DNA of 64,000 bases, taken from positions 7,688,001 to 7,752,000 of the forward strand of contig OZ234494.1 of the NCBI GenBank assembly GCA_965153455.1. The letters are read 5' to 3'. This document shows, piece after piece, positions 37,355 to 50,000 of the stretch. The translations under genes and the position numbers were made by a program. This DNA is from Sphagnum compactum (lineage: Eukaryota). Position 1 is the first letter of the stretch, and each line of letters begins with the position of its first letter. The notes beneath the pieces were generated by a model, which searched no databases, had not been told where the DNA came from, and saw only the letters and a list, made by a program, of their open reading frames with translations.

Positions 37355-38548
37355 ATGGGAGACAGGTACAATGACAATGCTTATGACCCTTCACCATATC
37401 AAAAGGGATCCACTCAACCTCCTCTGTATGGACCAGCTGCAGCCACTAGTAATTTAAGTGGTAGAACATTGTATCCACCTTCCCACAATGTCAATGGGGA
37501 GACTGTGCCTTTTGGTGGAGCACGTCCTGTACAAAATGAGTCTGATTATGGTCAGGGCACTGTTCAAAGCTATGGCAGATCTGCTCATGGCAAAGGTAGC
37601 TATGGACAGCTGAGACCAAGCTATGGAATACAAGGTGGTGATTCTCAATCAACACCAAGCTATGGAGGAGCTCCAGAGCCACCTCCACCATATGGTGGTG
37701 GCTCAGGACTTCAGCCTCCTCTGCCATATGTAACTCTTCCAGACTCAGCTGGACATGAGTCAGCTGAACTCCAATCAGGATATGGTGGAGAATCACACCC
37801 TCTAAAGCCTTATCTGCCATACGGGATCCAAGAACCTGAACTTGGACAGGCAAATCCTGAGCTTGGGTACAGTGGAGGGAGAGGGTTACAGCCACCCCCA
37901 TATGAGAATCAAGAAGCAGGCCGTGGTGGTGGTAAACCTCAACTTCCACAGGCATATCCACCATATGGGATTCAACATCCTAACAAGGACAGCTTCTCCT
38001 CAGGAAGTCTTGGACAAGGCAGGGGTGGTGGTGGTAGTGGTAGCCAGTTAGCTCCTGCAGAAGATCCTTATGGAAGAGGTTATGGCAGAGCCCAGGATGG
38101 CTTCTCTTCAGGAGGTCTTGGAAGAGGCAGGGGTGGTGGTGCTAGTGGTAGCCAGTTAGCTCCTGCAGAAGAACCTTATAGAAGAGGTTATGGCAGAGCC
38201 CAGGACGGCTTCTCCTCAGGGGGTCTTGGAAGAGGCAGGGGCAGTGGTGGTGGTGATAGCCAGTTAGCTTCTGCAGAAGATCCTTATGGAAGAAGTTATG
38301 GCAGAGGTCAGAACCCTGCCGAGTATGCACCAATCAGACCATCGAGCTTTGAGGAGGAGGAGGTGCCACCTGCACCCATCAGCTCTGAAGTAGCCCGTGA
38401 AACCTATTCAAGTGTTTTTGCTGATCCTGTCTATGGAGGTGCTAGAGATTACAACCCAGAGGGAGGTTACAGTGAGGAGCCAGAGTCTTCCAGATTGGCA
38501 CATTACCAGCAAGATCTCCATCGCCAGAATGACTTGAAGAAGCTCTAG
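37355..38548 (+). CDS. Gly/Pro/Tyr/Ser/Gln-rich, RGG-containing predicted intrinsically disordered protein (397 aa), function unknown
   Basis: Uninterrupted ORF, first ATG at 37355. Probable 5' UTR introns lie upstream (GT ~36487/AG 36935; GT 37044/AG 37227 or 37263). The protein has many YG/PY motifs and three 36-aa repeats, with no signal peptide or globular domain recognised. Confidence 0.8.
   Translation: MGDRYNDNAYDPSPYQKGSTQPPLYGPAAATSNLSGRTLYPPSHNVNGETVPFGGARPVQNESDYGQGTVQSYGRSAHGKGSYGQLRPSYGIQGGDSQSTPSYGGAPEPPPPYGGGSGLQPPLPYVTLPDSAGHESAELQSGYGGESHPLKPYLPYGIQEPELGQANPELGYSGGRGLQPPPYENQEAGRGGGKPQLPQAYPPYGIQHPNKDSFSSGSLGQGRGGGGSGSQLAPAEDPYGRGYGRAQDGFSSGGLGRGRGGGASGSQLAPAEEPYRRGYGRAQDGFSSGGLGRGRGSGGGDSQLASAEDPYGRSYGRGQNPAEYAPIRPSSFEEEEVPPAPISSEVARETYSSVFADPVYGGARDYNPEGGYSEEPESSRLAHYQQDLHRQNDLKKL
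37994..38317 (+). repeat. Coding tandem repeat, 3 x 108 bp (36 aa)
   Basis: Units start at 37994, 38102 and 38210, with consensus FSSGGLGRGRGGG.SGSQLAPAEDPYGRGYGRAQDG. Confidence 0.95.
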
Positions 38549-39980
38549 CTTTCCCCTGATGCAAGAAGGAGGCACCCACGTCTGCGCATCAGCATCAACA
38601 GTACTGCCAACATTTGTAGAGAAGAATAAAGTCTCTCCCCATGTAACCTTTCACATCTACAACATAATTTCAGCATGATCTATACAAAGAATCTTCTTGC
38701 CATATCTAACCATATCTCAAATCTGCTTCCCATATCTCCATCAGAGTTTCAGCATCATCTAAGAAAGAATATGCTTGCCATAACTTCACCAGAGTTCCAG
38801 CATGATCTTAAAACAAAGAGGTTAGAGTTTGTTGCCATGCTCCAGCAGTCTTCAAAAGCTAAATGCTCCAGAAATTGTCAGCATGCTATTTCCAAGTCAT
38901 TTGCTGAAATTTTAAGAGACCAAGGATTTGTTCAAGTTTCTTGCTTGGAATTTTAGGGGATCGTGTGCACATTAGAGTACAGCCCAAAAGGATTGAATGT
39001 AAGAGGGAAACTAAGCTGTGTGATTTAATGGGCAGTTCTATCCCCTATTCCAATAGTTGCACTAGAAAAAACCAACCTCCCTCTACATAGTTATATAATC
39101 CAACACTATGGAAGAGGATCTTACATACTGTAAGCTGTTTACGCAACTTGCACTGCTTTGTACATTCACTGCCAACATGTTTAAAAGAGCTCTTCAACAA
39201 CTCTATCAACAAGATCTCAAGAAGATATCAAGAACATATTATGTGTTTTAAGCACTTCTCTACACAAAATATAATGTTGTTGGCTGATTGGAAATTGAGA
39301 AACATGAGGAAGAAAACCCATGTTATAAAACTATTACTTGCTATTGATTAGAGGATTGAACATAAGGTAGTTACTCATAAGTGGAAGGGGTATCAATCCA
39401 CATATGTGGGATGACTGAAGTTGCAAAAAACATTGAGTTATGCTAAGTCCTGACACTGTTCCCAAACCTTGAGAATACCAGTAGTTCTCATAAACAGAGC
39501 AGCAAGGGAACATTAACAGAAGCATTTTCCAGCACAGAAACTACAGAACAAGCTAGTCCTTTTTGAACTCATGATGTAATGGAGTACACAGCAAAACCCA
39601 TAGACAGCAGAGCAATCCATTTATGAAAGATCAGTCCCTCTCTGAACTCATAATATACTGGAGAATTAGCTCTGTTTTGGACATCTTGGACGCTGGCACC
39701 AGGAGCCAGCCCAAGCAGTCAAATAAAAGTAACCCTGAAGAACACTGGAAAAATGCAGCCATGCCTTCTAATGGTGGCACAGTTCTCTAGGGAGAAAGCT
39801 ACAACCATAACATAAAATTGAATCACAATACCATACTGATGGACTCAGGGCAGATAGCACCAACCTTTCTAACAATTGCATTGAAGTGAAGATACCTGTG
39901 GCACATCAAATCATGAACCAAATCACAGTCCAAACATCTAGTTCTCAACAAGTATTTTAAAGCTAAACAAATGAGCCAGT

Positions 39981-42900
39981 TTACTGTGAGACACCCAACC
40001 ATTTTGTAAAATTCTCAAACTCTGTGTATTCACTGTCTGAAACCATAGTCTTGTACCAGGCAGACCCTGCCTTCTTTGCCAGTTCCTTGTCCTCTGGCTG
40101 TAAAACCGCAGAAATAAAGTCAAAGTCAGGAAAAAAACGCAACTGTCTTTGATACATCAGATAGTCATACATAGATTTGATCTTTCAAGCCTTGAGATGG
40201 TAAGCAGCTCACTCACTGCCCCTCCACCATAATTGCATTTGCATCAAGGCAGTTGTAATAATGGGTCTAGTCTCTAAGTCCTTTTATACTGGTCTCCTTA
40301 CCTTCAAATCTTTAGACCCATGCAGTCCATGCAAAGTATGGGGTTGTAGCAAACTGGGAAAACCAATTGGCCCACTCTACTTTGCATGATGAAGCTAGCA
40401 GATGCAAAGGGATTGTCTATGCATAACGGGCCAGATAACAAGCAACAGATTTCCCAATTTTCAAGCATTGAGAGGATATGGATGATCCCCTGAGATCATC
40501 CATAACTGTCCATATACAGTATGAGTAAGACCAAACAGAGAACATTCTACACAAGAAAAAAGAACTTGCTATTCTCTGCTTATTACTCTGCTTCATATGT
40601 AGTTTGGTCCATGCAAAGTATGGGGTTGTAGCAAACTGGGAAAACCAATTGGCCCACTCTACTTTGCATGATGAAGCTAGCAGATGCAAAGGGATTGTCT
40701 ATGCATAACGGGCCAGATAACAAGCAACAGATTTCCCAATTTTCAAGCATTGAGAGGATATGGATGATCCCCTGAGATCATCCATAACTGTCCATATACA
40801 GTATGAGTAAGACCAAACAGAGAACATTCTACACAAGAAAAAAGAACTTGCTATTCTCTGCTTATTACTCTGCTTCATATGTAGTTTGGACATGTGCATT
40901 GCCCATCAAATCTAGGTTGACCTATATGGGCAAAATAGATCTTTAATTGAATGTGATCATGTCCAATGGGGCAAATCCACTGGCACCTAGGCTCTCACTG
41001 TGTGAGAAGTGACTCGACTAGGATTGTCATCTTCTGACACATCTTATTATGGACTTGAATCAAGTCACTTTAATAGATGACCTTGAGTAACATGAACAAT
41101 GCTACAAACTACAGTGCCCTACCATGCCTGCAGTTTTCACAATTTGCCTATGACAGATATGCACTAAACTTTGCCAAAAGTGCAATCATCATCTTTCAAA
41201 ATGATTTTTTTTCATAACTAGGTATGTACCCTATATGCACATATGCTAAACCCCGACAAAGCACTGAGTTTGGCAGTCTCTGACTTACAAGCACAATCTT
41301 TTGTGGAAACCTCCAGTCAACTTCTTAAAATACCAGCACCCATTGCTATGTGTAGCCACTATCCAGGTCCTACTTTTTCCAACACCTGATTTACATATGG
41401 AAAGTATCGACATGCCAGATGTGACCATGAAAATTCTGACACATTTGGTGAAAAGTAACAAGAAGAGTAACAAGGCTTGTCCAGTGAGTGACCATCTCTG
41501 AAATGATGAGGGATAAAGATTGAATTTTTTTACCTTAGCAGTCTTTCTCTTGATATCAAGCTTTTCAGCCTTTGCCTTTGCCCACTGTTCCTGGGCCAAA
41601 AGCTCCATCCTCCTTGCAGTCTTTGCATATGGGTTAAGTTTTAGAAGAGCCCCCAGATTCTTCAATGGGTTCTTTTTCAATGCCCATCTCTTGATCTCCA
41701 CCTTTTTGGGTTGGACAACACTCTGGATCTCATCTGAATTGATGATTCTCGCCAGATCAGGGTTGCCCATGATGGGTCGGGGAAGCATATAATTCTTCTT
41801 CACAATTGACCTCTTCTCATGGGTGCCAAAGATAGCATCTAACTGCTCAAAGGCAGACTTTGTCCAAACAATGAATCAACCAAGATGACCTCCTGGAAGA
41901 GACCACAAAGACATCATCCACACATGAGTATCAAAGTTGCAATGTGGTAGACCAATCCCTTCCATCAAAGTCTAACTTGATGGTGCTACAAGGAGGATCA
42001 ATAAGAAAACAGGTGGACCACCTCAAAAGTTCGCAAGAAACAGCTTGAGGCATCCACAAGCAAGTTCTCTAGCCTCCAACCAAGGTGTAAGAAGCTCCAA
42101 AAAGTTACTTCCTAACATTCTGCCAAACACTAAAAAAATACTTCTTTTCACTTCTGAGGGAAAAAAAAGAGCATGACTTTTGAACCCCCCACAAACTGAT
42201 GATTCCATTTTTTCAGCTGTGCTTTATCTGCAAAGTTCTCTCCTGCCTACAAAGGCTCTGGTAATGATGATCTTCTAGCAATGCCTGGTTAGGTCAAGAT
42301 GTTCCCATGTTCATCTGGAATTCCCAGATACTTTATGAAGAAAAGTGGGGCTACTGAGAAAAATTTGCCGTTATCGGGGTCTGCATATAGTTGCGAACAA
42401 TCTTTCCTTTAGGACTTGTCACACCCAACAGAAGGGCATTCCTAGGAAATGCCCTTTCAACACATTCAAGACGAGAGAAAAACTCACCAGGAGCCAGCTG
42501 AAGCAGATTCAAGCGCTGCACGGAAACGATCTCCACACCGGGGACATTCCTGAAAGACTTAATAAGCTTCGCACCCTCGGAATCATACACAACGAGAGGG
42601 CCTCGCCTATTCCTCATTTTTCCCTTACCGGCACGGATATTATGACTGGCCCTAACCTTCTCGACATCTTCGTAAGCTCCAATTCTCTTCAGCAGCTTGA
42701 CTGCAGCAGACGTCTTCTCAATGGCCTCCACAGAGTCTTCTAGAACCAGAGGTATCTCTGGAACCTTTACGATGCGGTGGCCTCTAGCGAGAACCAAGGA
42801 AGGAATAGCAGAGGCTGCCAATGCAGACGCAATAGCGTACCTTTTCTGGTTCAGATTCACCTTCCGGTGCCATCGCCGCCAGATCTTGGTCGGAGAGAAC

Positions 42901-43088
42901 ATCCGACCTCCTCGGCACATATTTCCGAACGCTCCCTGACCTGCACGGTGCGTACCACCGCCTGGAACCCTAGGAATACGCGATACAGCTCTCCCGGTAT
43001 CCCATGACTCCGCAGATGTCTGGTGTCCCGCTTTCGTACTCACGGCATAGGGTTGCCTCTTGTTCTTTGCAAGAGACGTGTGCACAGA
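39981..43088 (-). pseudogene. RPL4: 60S ribosomal protein L4 (uL4) unprocessed, 5'-truncated pseudogene
   Basis: Exons 43088-42488 ([50 protein letters not shown]), 41892-41534 ([21 protein letters not shown]) and 40097-39981 ([25 protein letters not shown]), joined by GT-AG introns. Lesions: in-frame TGA at 41876-41878, SWGTG>SWDTG, a ~5-aa deletion at KMRNRR|GPL, and no exon for the N-terminal ~40 aa upstream of the acceptor at 43089-43090. Confidence 0.88.
40325..40888. repeat. Apparently perfect 282-bp tandem duplication in the last RPL4 intron
   Basis: Copy 1 is 40325-40606 and copy 2 is 40607-40888. I found no mismatch by eye, and the ORF track shows identical peptides offset by 282. 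Confidence 0.95.
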
Positions 43089-44061
43089 CTGCACAAAACA
43101 AAGTGGAAGAACCGCCCAAAAACATAGAAGATCACGCGCTGAGGTGGAAAAAAGCGCTCCAAGAATGACCCACCCCTTAAGGTGTTCCTATGATGGTTAT
43201 TTTCCAATTTTTTTTTGTAAATAATTGCTTGATTATTCCCTTAAAATAACAAATTTAGTTGAATTTACACTAGGAGTAAAAATCCAAAAACATATTTGTG
43301 GCAACATACAAAATTTATCAATAAAAAAACACTGGTTAGTATACTTGTGATCTCAAACTTCCTGGAATACTTCTTTTTCAATTGTTGCTGGTATGAACAT
43401 GCCATAAGGGGCAGAGCCTTGAGAAGTGTGAAGGCAGTGAGAAGCTTGTTAAGAATTGTTCACTGATTAAGTTTATTTGTTTATAGGTTTCAAGTTAGAA
43501 TGGAATTGTCCAATGATTAAGTATACTTGCCTATCAGTTTGGGGTACAATGCTGATATCTCCTACCCTTGCTACCAGTATCGATACCAGTTTTGATACTA
43601 AGGTGCCTGCCAATATACAAGGCCAACACTGGTCTATCACCTAATACATATACAATTGGAAGACTTCACATATTTACAGCATCATTCACCTAGTCTTTCA
43701 AGTTTGTGAACTGGACTCACATCAGATAAACACAAAGACACTCATGTGTGGATGCGGTAAACAAAAACACATTGTGAAAACCCTATGTGAGAAGATAACA
43801 AACCTCACAGGTGTGAAGCATGACAAAAGCCGTCTGCACCATCATTTTTATCATTGTTCTCTTACTATGTACAGCAATGTGGATTGCTATCTCATTATCT
43901 GAGGAATCAGGCACCACAATCACCTCACAGTTGCAGACATCAAAGGAATTAATAATGCCTCGTTCAAACATGACACAAGTAGTTCTTACTGAAGTGAACA
44001 GAAGACAGCCCAGACACAAAGAATAAGCCTGAATCTACTGAAAACTATGTTCTATTCTTCT

Positions 44062-47000
44062 CTAGGAAATAAGTTTATTACATCCTCGAGCTTCAGAGTA
44101 TTGCAAAGTTGCTTGCAAGTAACCATCACTCTTTGCAATAGATGTCAATGCCCGTTGAAGAAGTCTGCTACAAAGAGTGTTCAACTCCTCGTCCACCTGT
44201 GGAAACAGAGTTTGCACAACAATCTATTATGCTGAGATCCTCACATCATCCACAACATAACCTTTCTAGCTTTTCTCTCTTTCCATCTCCCTCTTCACAC
44301 AATCCACCACATGTACAATAAACATGTAAAAGAAAACATCAATAAGGTTGCAGTGAAAACTCCATAACAATAAGAAAACAGACAAACTAGTTTTCCAACA
44401 GTTGCCAGAGCCTTCACATACATTTTACCACTCCCAAGAGATTCACATAAACAAGAGTGCTCCTTTGCATAATCTGTCTTACTTTGAAAGAGGAAAAATA
44501 TTAACAGCCTCATTTCTAAGTTTCTGCTTCTAACCAAAAAAGCTTAAAGTCCATGCATGGTCTTAGCCATCCATTGAAAAGGTTCCAAGTGATGTACAAC
44601 AGACAACAATTTTAGCAGACATCACTGTGAAGTCAAAAAGAGATGGGACTTTAGGACAGAAATAGTGTACATTGAAGGTGGTGAGAAAAGCATTGCAAAC
44701 ATCAAGAGCTTGGTAAGCACCTTGGACCTACACAAACACACACCACAAGAAGTCAAAAAAACATCCTTGAAAACAGTTCTGATGCAATCCGGACTGTAAG
44801 TTGCAATACAACATGTGATATTGCAACAACTTCACAGTTTGTTAGGGCTTTGAAAATTATATTCACTCTTGTTAACGTTTAACTTTCAGCTTGTTGGATA
44901 GAAAGTACCTCTCCAGATTGACCTCGTATTACAGCACGCATGTGTCTGGTATGGGACCTTACCTTATCAGCAGCTTGATCCAGTAATGTAACAAGCATAT
45001 TCACCACCGTGGTGGTAATATCTGCCAGGTCTTTGTGGAATAAGGTGTCTCCAAAATACAGTGTATCATCGCTGTCCACCTTGTCCTCCCACAAAATTAC
45101 ATAGTTTAACATGTAGAAACAAAACTCAGGAATAGAATGACTGATCTGTACTACCAAAATGCAGAGTTAAGCATGTTAACCCTCAGGAATAGAATGACTG
45201 CTCTGTACCACCAAAATGCAGAGAGAAAGGCAAGAGCAGGAAAGAAAGCTGAAGGCTAAAGGTGACAACAGAAAAGAAAAGGAAAGAAATTACCTGTTGA
45301 TTACCAACATGGAATGGTAGCTGCTCTTGACCAATTGCACATAGGAGGCATAAAATTCCACACAGCAATCGTACTTTTCGTCGTCCAGATATCAATCTAC
45401 AGTGATCCCAATGTGTTAAGACATAATAGAACCTCACTATTGTGATGGTTGCAAACTCATGCAGCTGAAGGTTAGCTCATTATTCAATTCTGGAAGGAAA
45501 TGTGAGATCTATCTTGGCTCTCTGCTACATCCAAACTGCATCCTACATCCTACACTGGTAACAATGCTTAGATTATGTTTTAAGTTAATCCAAAAACATA
45601 CCTTGATTGAGAGTCAATGAGATTAAGAAGTCCACTCAGGATGTAGAAGGCACCAAGCTCCGGGTGGCCTGCCAACATAAAAGTGATCTATCAACTGGCA
45701 TACTTGAATCCACATCACTACCACTAAGGTTATGAATGCCCATCAACAGAAATTTTTTCAAAACCCAGTGAACATCATATGCCAACCTGGAACCACTACA
45801 AGAAATGATGATAGTTCGTGCAAGAAGCTGGAGATGCCCTCCTCAAACTCCTTTGCTTTCAGATCTGCAAACAGAGGATAGAAGTTTGAGCACGACCTTC
45901 AAGAAAGAAAGAGTTCAAATTGTACTCATGTTTGTCATAATTCATACAATATGATTTGGGATTTCTATAAACAGGAATTGACCTGCCCTGGTTATGTCAG
46001 AGTGCCAGGGAATGCAACCCAAGGTAAATCATAAAATATAAATTCGACTTCAAGAAAACAACAAGGGCATAAACACAGAGGCATACCCCTACTGCTTGGA
46101 ACATCTTGTAAGCAGGTAAGTGCAGCCTTTAGCAGACCCTCTGTGTGTGACAACATTGCATTCATGAGAGCTGCCTGCAATATCAGAGAACAATGACAAG
46201 CTTACTAAGAACTGTACCCAGGTTTCAGAAGACATTAGACAAACTATCTGTTCTTTATCACCCTGCTCCATTCCTCACCCAGTGTGATAATGCACTGCTT
46301 CAAATGAAGTAACTCCAGTCCTGGAACAAGCAGCTAGTATTTAGCCTTTCCCTTAATGCTACATCGAGGCAGAACACATACACAACAGAAAAGATATTAA
46401 AGGAAAAAGAGCTTGCCTCTTTTCCTCTCTACCTCTCTCTTTCTCCATCCAAACTGTGCCCCTGAAGGCTACAGCTAGCAGTCTATGAGTGCTTGCCCTG
46501 AAACTTGCATTTGCACAACTCTTTGTGTTGTTTAAAAATCCATACAGAACAATATGACTCTTTCAAGCCAAGGTTCATTACCTGAGCTGTCTCCAGAAAG
46601 AGATGAATGCGGGGCACCACACTGGTGATGGAAGGGATTGAAATCTCATTGAATGTTATGCATGCCTTCACAAATTCCCTTGTCCGCTTGCTGTGTGAGC
46701 CCTTCGCCATTTGTAGCGCTGTGATAGCCAACCGATTGCTGGCATGAACTACTGTTTCCTGTTTCATAGCCCCCCATTCATAACCACATTGAAAATTATG
46801 TTAAGGAGGTTCAAACTGACAGCTTCAATAACTTCTGTTCAAAGGTCATTTATAAGGGCAATGGCCACATTAATACCACCATTCAGGATGCAGACAGAAC
46901 ACTGAAGAATCCATATTGCTCTTTTCAATGATAAGCTATCCCAAAATATGCTAGCAATCAATTGGTAGCAAGAGAATGTACATGAATGAGGTTCATGTTG

Positions 47001-50000
47001 CCAAAAGTGGCCCGACAATCCACAAGGAATGCAAGATGCTGCTCCAAATCATGACCAAAATCTACCTGAATGACAGAGAAACCCCAATGTCCATATAGTT
47101 GTTAAGGACAACTTGTCTGCAGATACAGCTTAAGCACAACAAACACAGAAAAATATGCTTCTGCATAACAAGGCATACATGCACAATCATCAATCCTAAT
47201 ACCCCATACCTTATGTATCTTAGAATCTGAGCTACAGAATAGATATAGACCATGGAGAATGACTAGCCAAGAATTACTCTCCTCTTTCCTAAATTCATCC
47301 AATTGAAGAAGGGGCAGATCAGTCAATTTTGAAACAACTAAGCCTTTCATGATAAAAATCATCTACTGTCTTCAAAAGCTGACCTAGCCGCTTTGGAGAA
47401 AGTGAAACAACTGACAAAAGAAGACCCTCCATCTGATCTGAACTGATACACCATCAAATAAGCAGACTTCTAAGACTACAAAGACAAGTCACACAAACGC
47501 AAGAGCAAGTCAAGTTTAGTGGAACAGTTTTAACCATCAAGCACATGAACTACAAGCACAAATTGTAGATCCAGTTCAGTACAGTCAAACATGACACATC
47601 TTTGCATAAAATACTTCTAATAAAATACCAGCTGCACAAATCGAGCAATGAGACCAGTGGTTTGGCGGCAGTCATCGTCACTGCTCAAGCTATCCAGTGA
47701 GTCATGCAGAACTTGTGCCTGCTCAAAGAGAAAGTGTCGAGTCACTGGATCTTGTACTTTCTGGTTGGTCCTGAACTCACACAAATAACTGCAAACAATC
47801 AATACATGCATATTGACACATGACATTAAAGATGCATCCCTTCAAATAAGGTTGCAGAAATGTAAAGAATGAAGAAAACACAAGATTAGACAGAGCATGA
47901 CATGACCAGAGCACCTGCCTAGAGATGGATGTTAAAATTTGCTTGTAGACTGAAAGGCGGGTGTCACCATAAAATATGTCCAGCAATTCCACAACATGTT
48001 TCTGTTCTCAATGATGTGTAGGCATCAGACAAAAAAGGGGAGTTTATCAGTGCCCAAAAGGCATTTGCTCCAGTCACAGTTCTATGAGATTGCAGAGAAA
48101 TTTTCACAATGACATGTTGAAGGTAGCATGACAATTAGTGTGGCAATAACCTTATGAGAGTTGCTCACAAAGCGTCAGACCAGCACCATCACAAATAGGA
48201 GTGACAAATGCCATCAATACACAATGACTTGCTCACAACTGTGGGTGTAGATAAGTATACAACATCCCACCCAAAATTTTGGGCAACCCTTTGCACAAAA
48301 TCTGCAGCATAACACATTTCTGGAAGCATCTAGTCTAGTCACAGGCTGTAGCAGCCTTGCTGCCAAGACCATGGCAACAATCATGGAGGACAGTCAGTAC
48401 ACCATTCAAGGACCACAGCAATGTAGTGCAAGGTACTAACCACATTCAACACTTCGGTGAGGTCTTTATAGTGCATAAGCAGCTTGGACACAATGGCTTC
48501 AAGTGATGCCAGCACAGAATCTGTAACATCACCCTGGCGTAAATGCCGCAGAATGTCTCCCAACATTGTAATCATTTCCACTTCCTGCGATTGAAGGCAA
48601 AAGTGAGTTTGGACCTTTCAGATTAGACAATTGTCAAGCTCCCTCCCTGTCACTCACCATCTCTGTGATTATGCATAGTCTCTTTTGCTTCATTTTTTAG
48701 CAATAAGACAATCTTTATATACTTGTACATCAGGACTTCAATGGGGTCCATTGAGCTAAAGGTCCACAATGGATGATGTAAAGTTCATCCTATTGTCTCT
48801 CACCTCCAGACAGCTAACAAAACCAACCCCAAGGACAAGCATTCTACATGCCCTTGTGCTCAACATAGAACTCCACCCCTAAAAGAACAATTTCAGGACT
48901 GCCATGTTCTGGGACCACTATTACTACTCTTGTTCCCTTCAACCTCTTTATCACCCATGACCTTCATTCAAACAGGAAACCAGCACATATACTTCTGCCC
49001 AATATATGAAGAAAAAACACCATCACTGAAGCATTGTACCTGTGACAAAATGCATCCAACTAGCAAAACATTTGCAGTCAATTTTAGAATCTGTTACAAT
49101 GAAGTAACAGGAAACCACACTTACTGAGCAGTTTTGGAGTATGTAATCCAGAAACACATCAGCAACTGCCAAGTATTCAACAAGATCCCCATACTTCATA
49201 ACCACCTGCAGACCATGTCCAGGTGTTACATGTCTAATACAATTTTTTTGAGAAAAGAAAAACCAAGAGATAGTAGTTCATGTGAGAAAGATAGCATTTC
49301 GTGAGTTCTTTCCACACAGATTGAACATTTGAACCTACATTACTTCCCAACAAAACAGGTACTACTGTAATGACATTTTTGTCATCTGCAGCAATAATAC
49401 TCAAAAGTGTGCATGACCTCAAATCCCTGACTAGACATCAATTAAATGAAGCTGCCTTTAGCTCTACATTGCAAAATTAACTGCTCAGATAACAATATAC
49501 TTCCAAGATTTGTAACCACACTCTGATTGAACTTTCAATATTTGGGTCTGGTCAGTGCACCTTCCAAACATCATTGAGGACTGCAAGCCGCATTTCTTGT
49601 GGTGGATTGCACTCACAGATGATTGCCCCTAAGAGTCGATAGTTCAGATGCTGCCACATAATAAACACACAGAGAAAGGGAATGAATAAAAGAAGCAGAC
49701 ACCATTAGCAGACACTCGTGCCTCCACATTTGCAGCACCTCAAACCTAGGAACTGAGCCATTGCCACATAAGCAAGAGAAACATCAGCTTCCCTCTCCTC
49801 TCCTTGAGTTGCACAACAGTGGCAGGGTCACATTTTTCCTTTCGATACTGGACTGAGACTTCACTAGCTGTGGCAAGACTTCATTGGATGAGAACATTGG
49901 CGCCTTGCTGCAACCCAGAGCTATGCACTGCAAGACTTCAGATATGCTAATTACATGCAAAAGAGAACTTCCATATGATGAGGTCTCACTTGGGGCAGTG

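Noticed and set aside
37994-38317. CRISPR-like or prokaryotic system suggested by the regular repeats
   Set aside because: The repeats are in-frame coding units without unique spacers, and the whole window is eukaryotic with spliceosomal introns.
40098-42487. Possible intronic snoRNAs in the RPL4 introns (box C-like ATGATGA on the minus strand near 41186-41192)
   Set aside because: No appropriately spaced box D (CTGA) with a terminal stem was found by eye. A snoscan/Infernal run would be needed.
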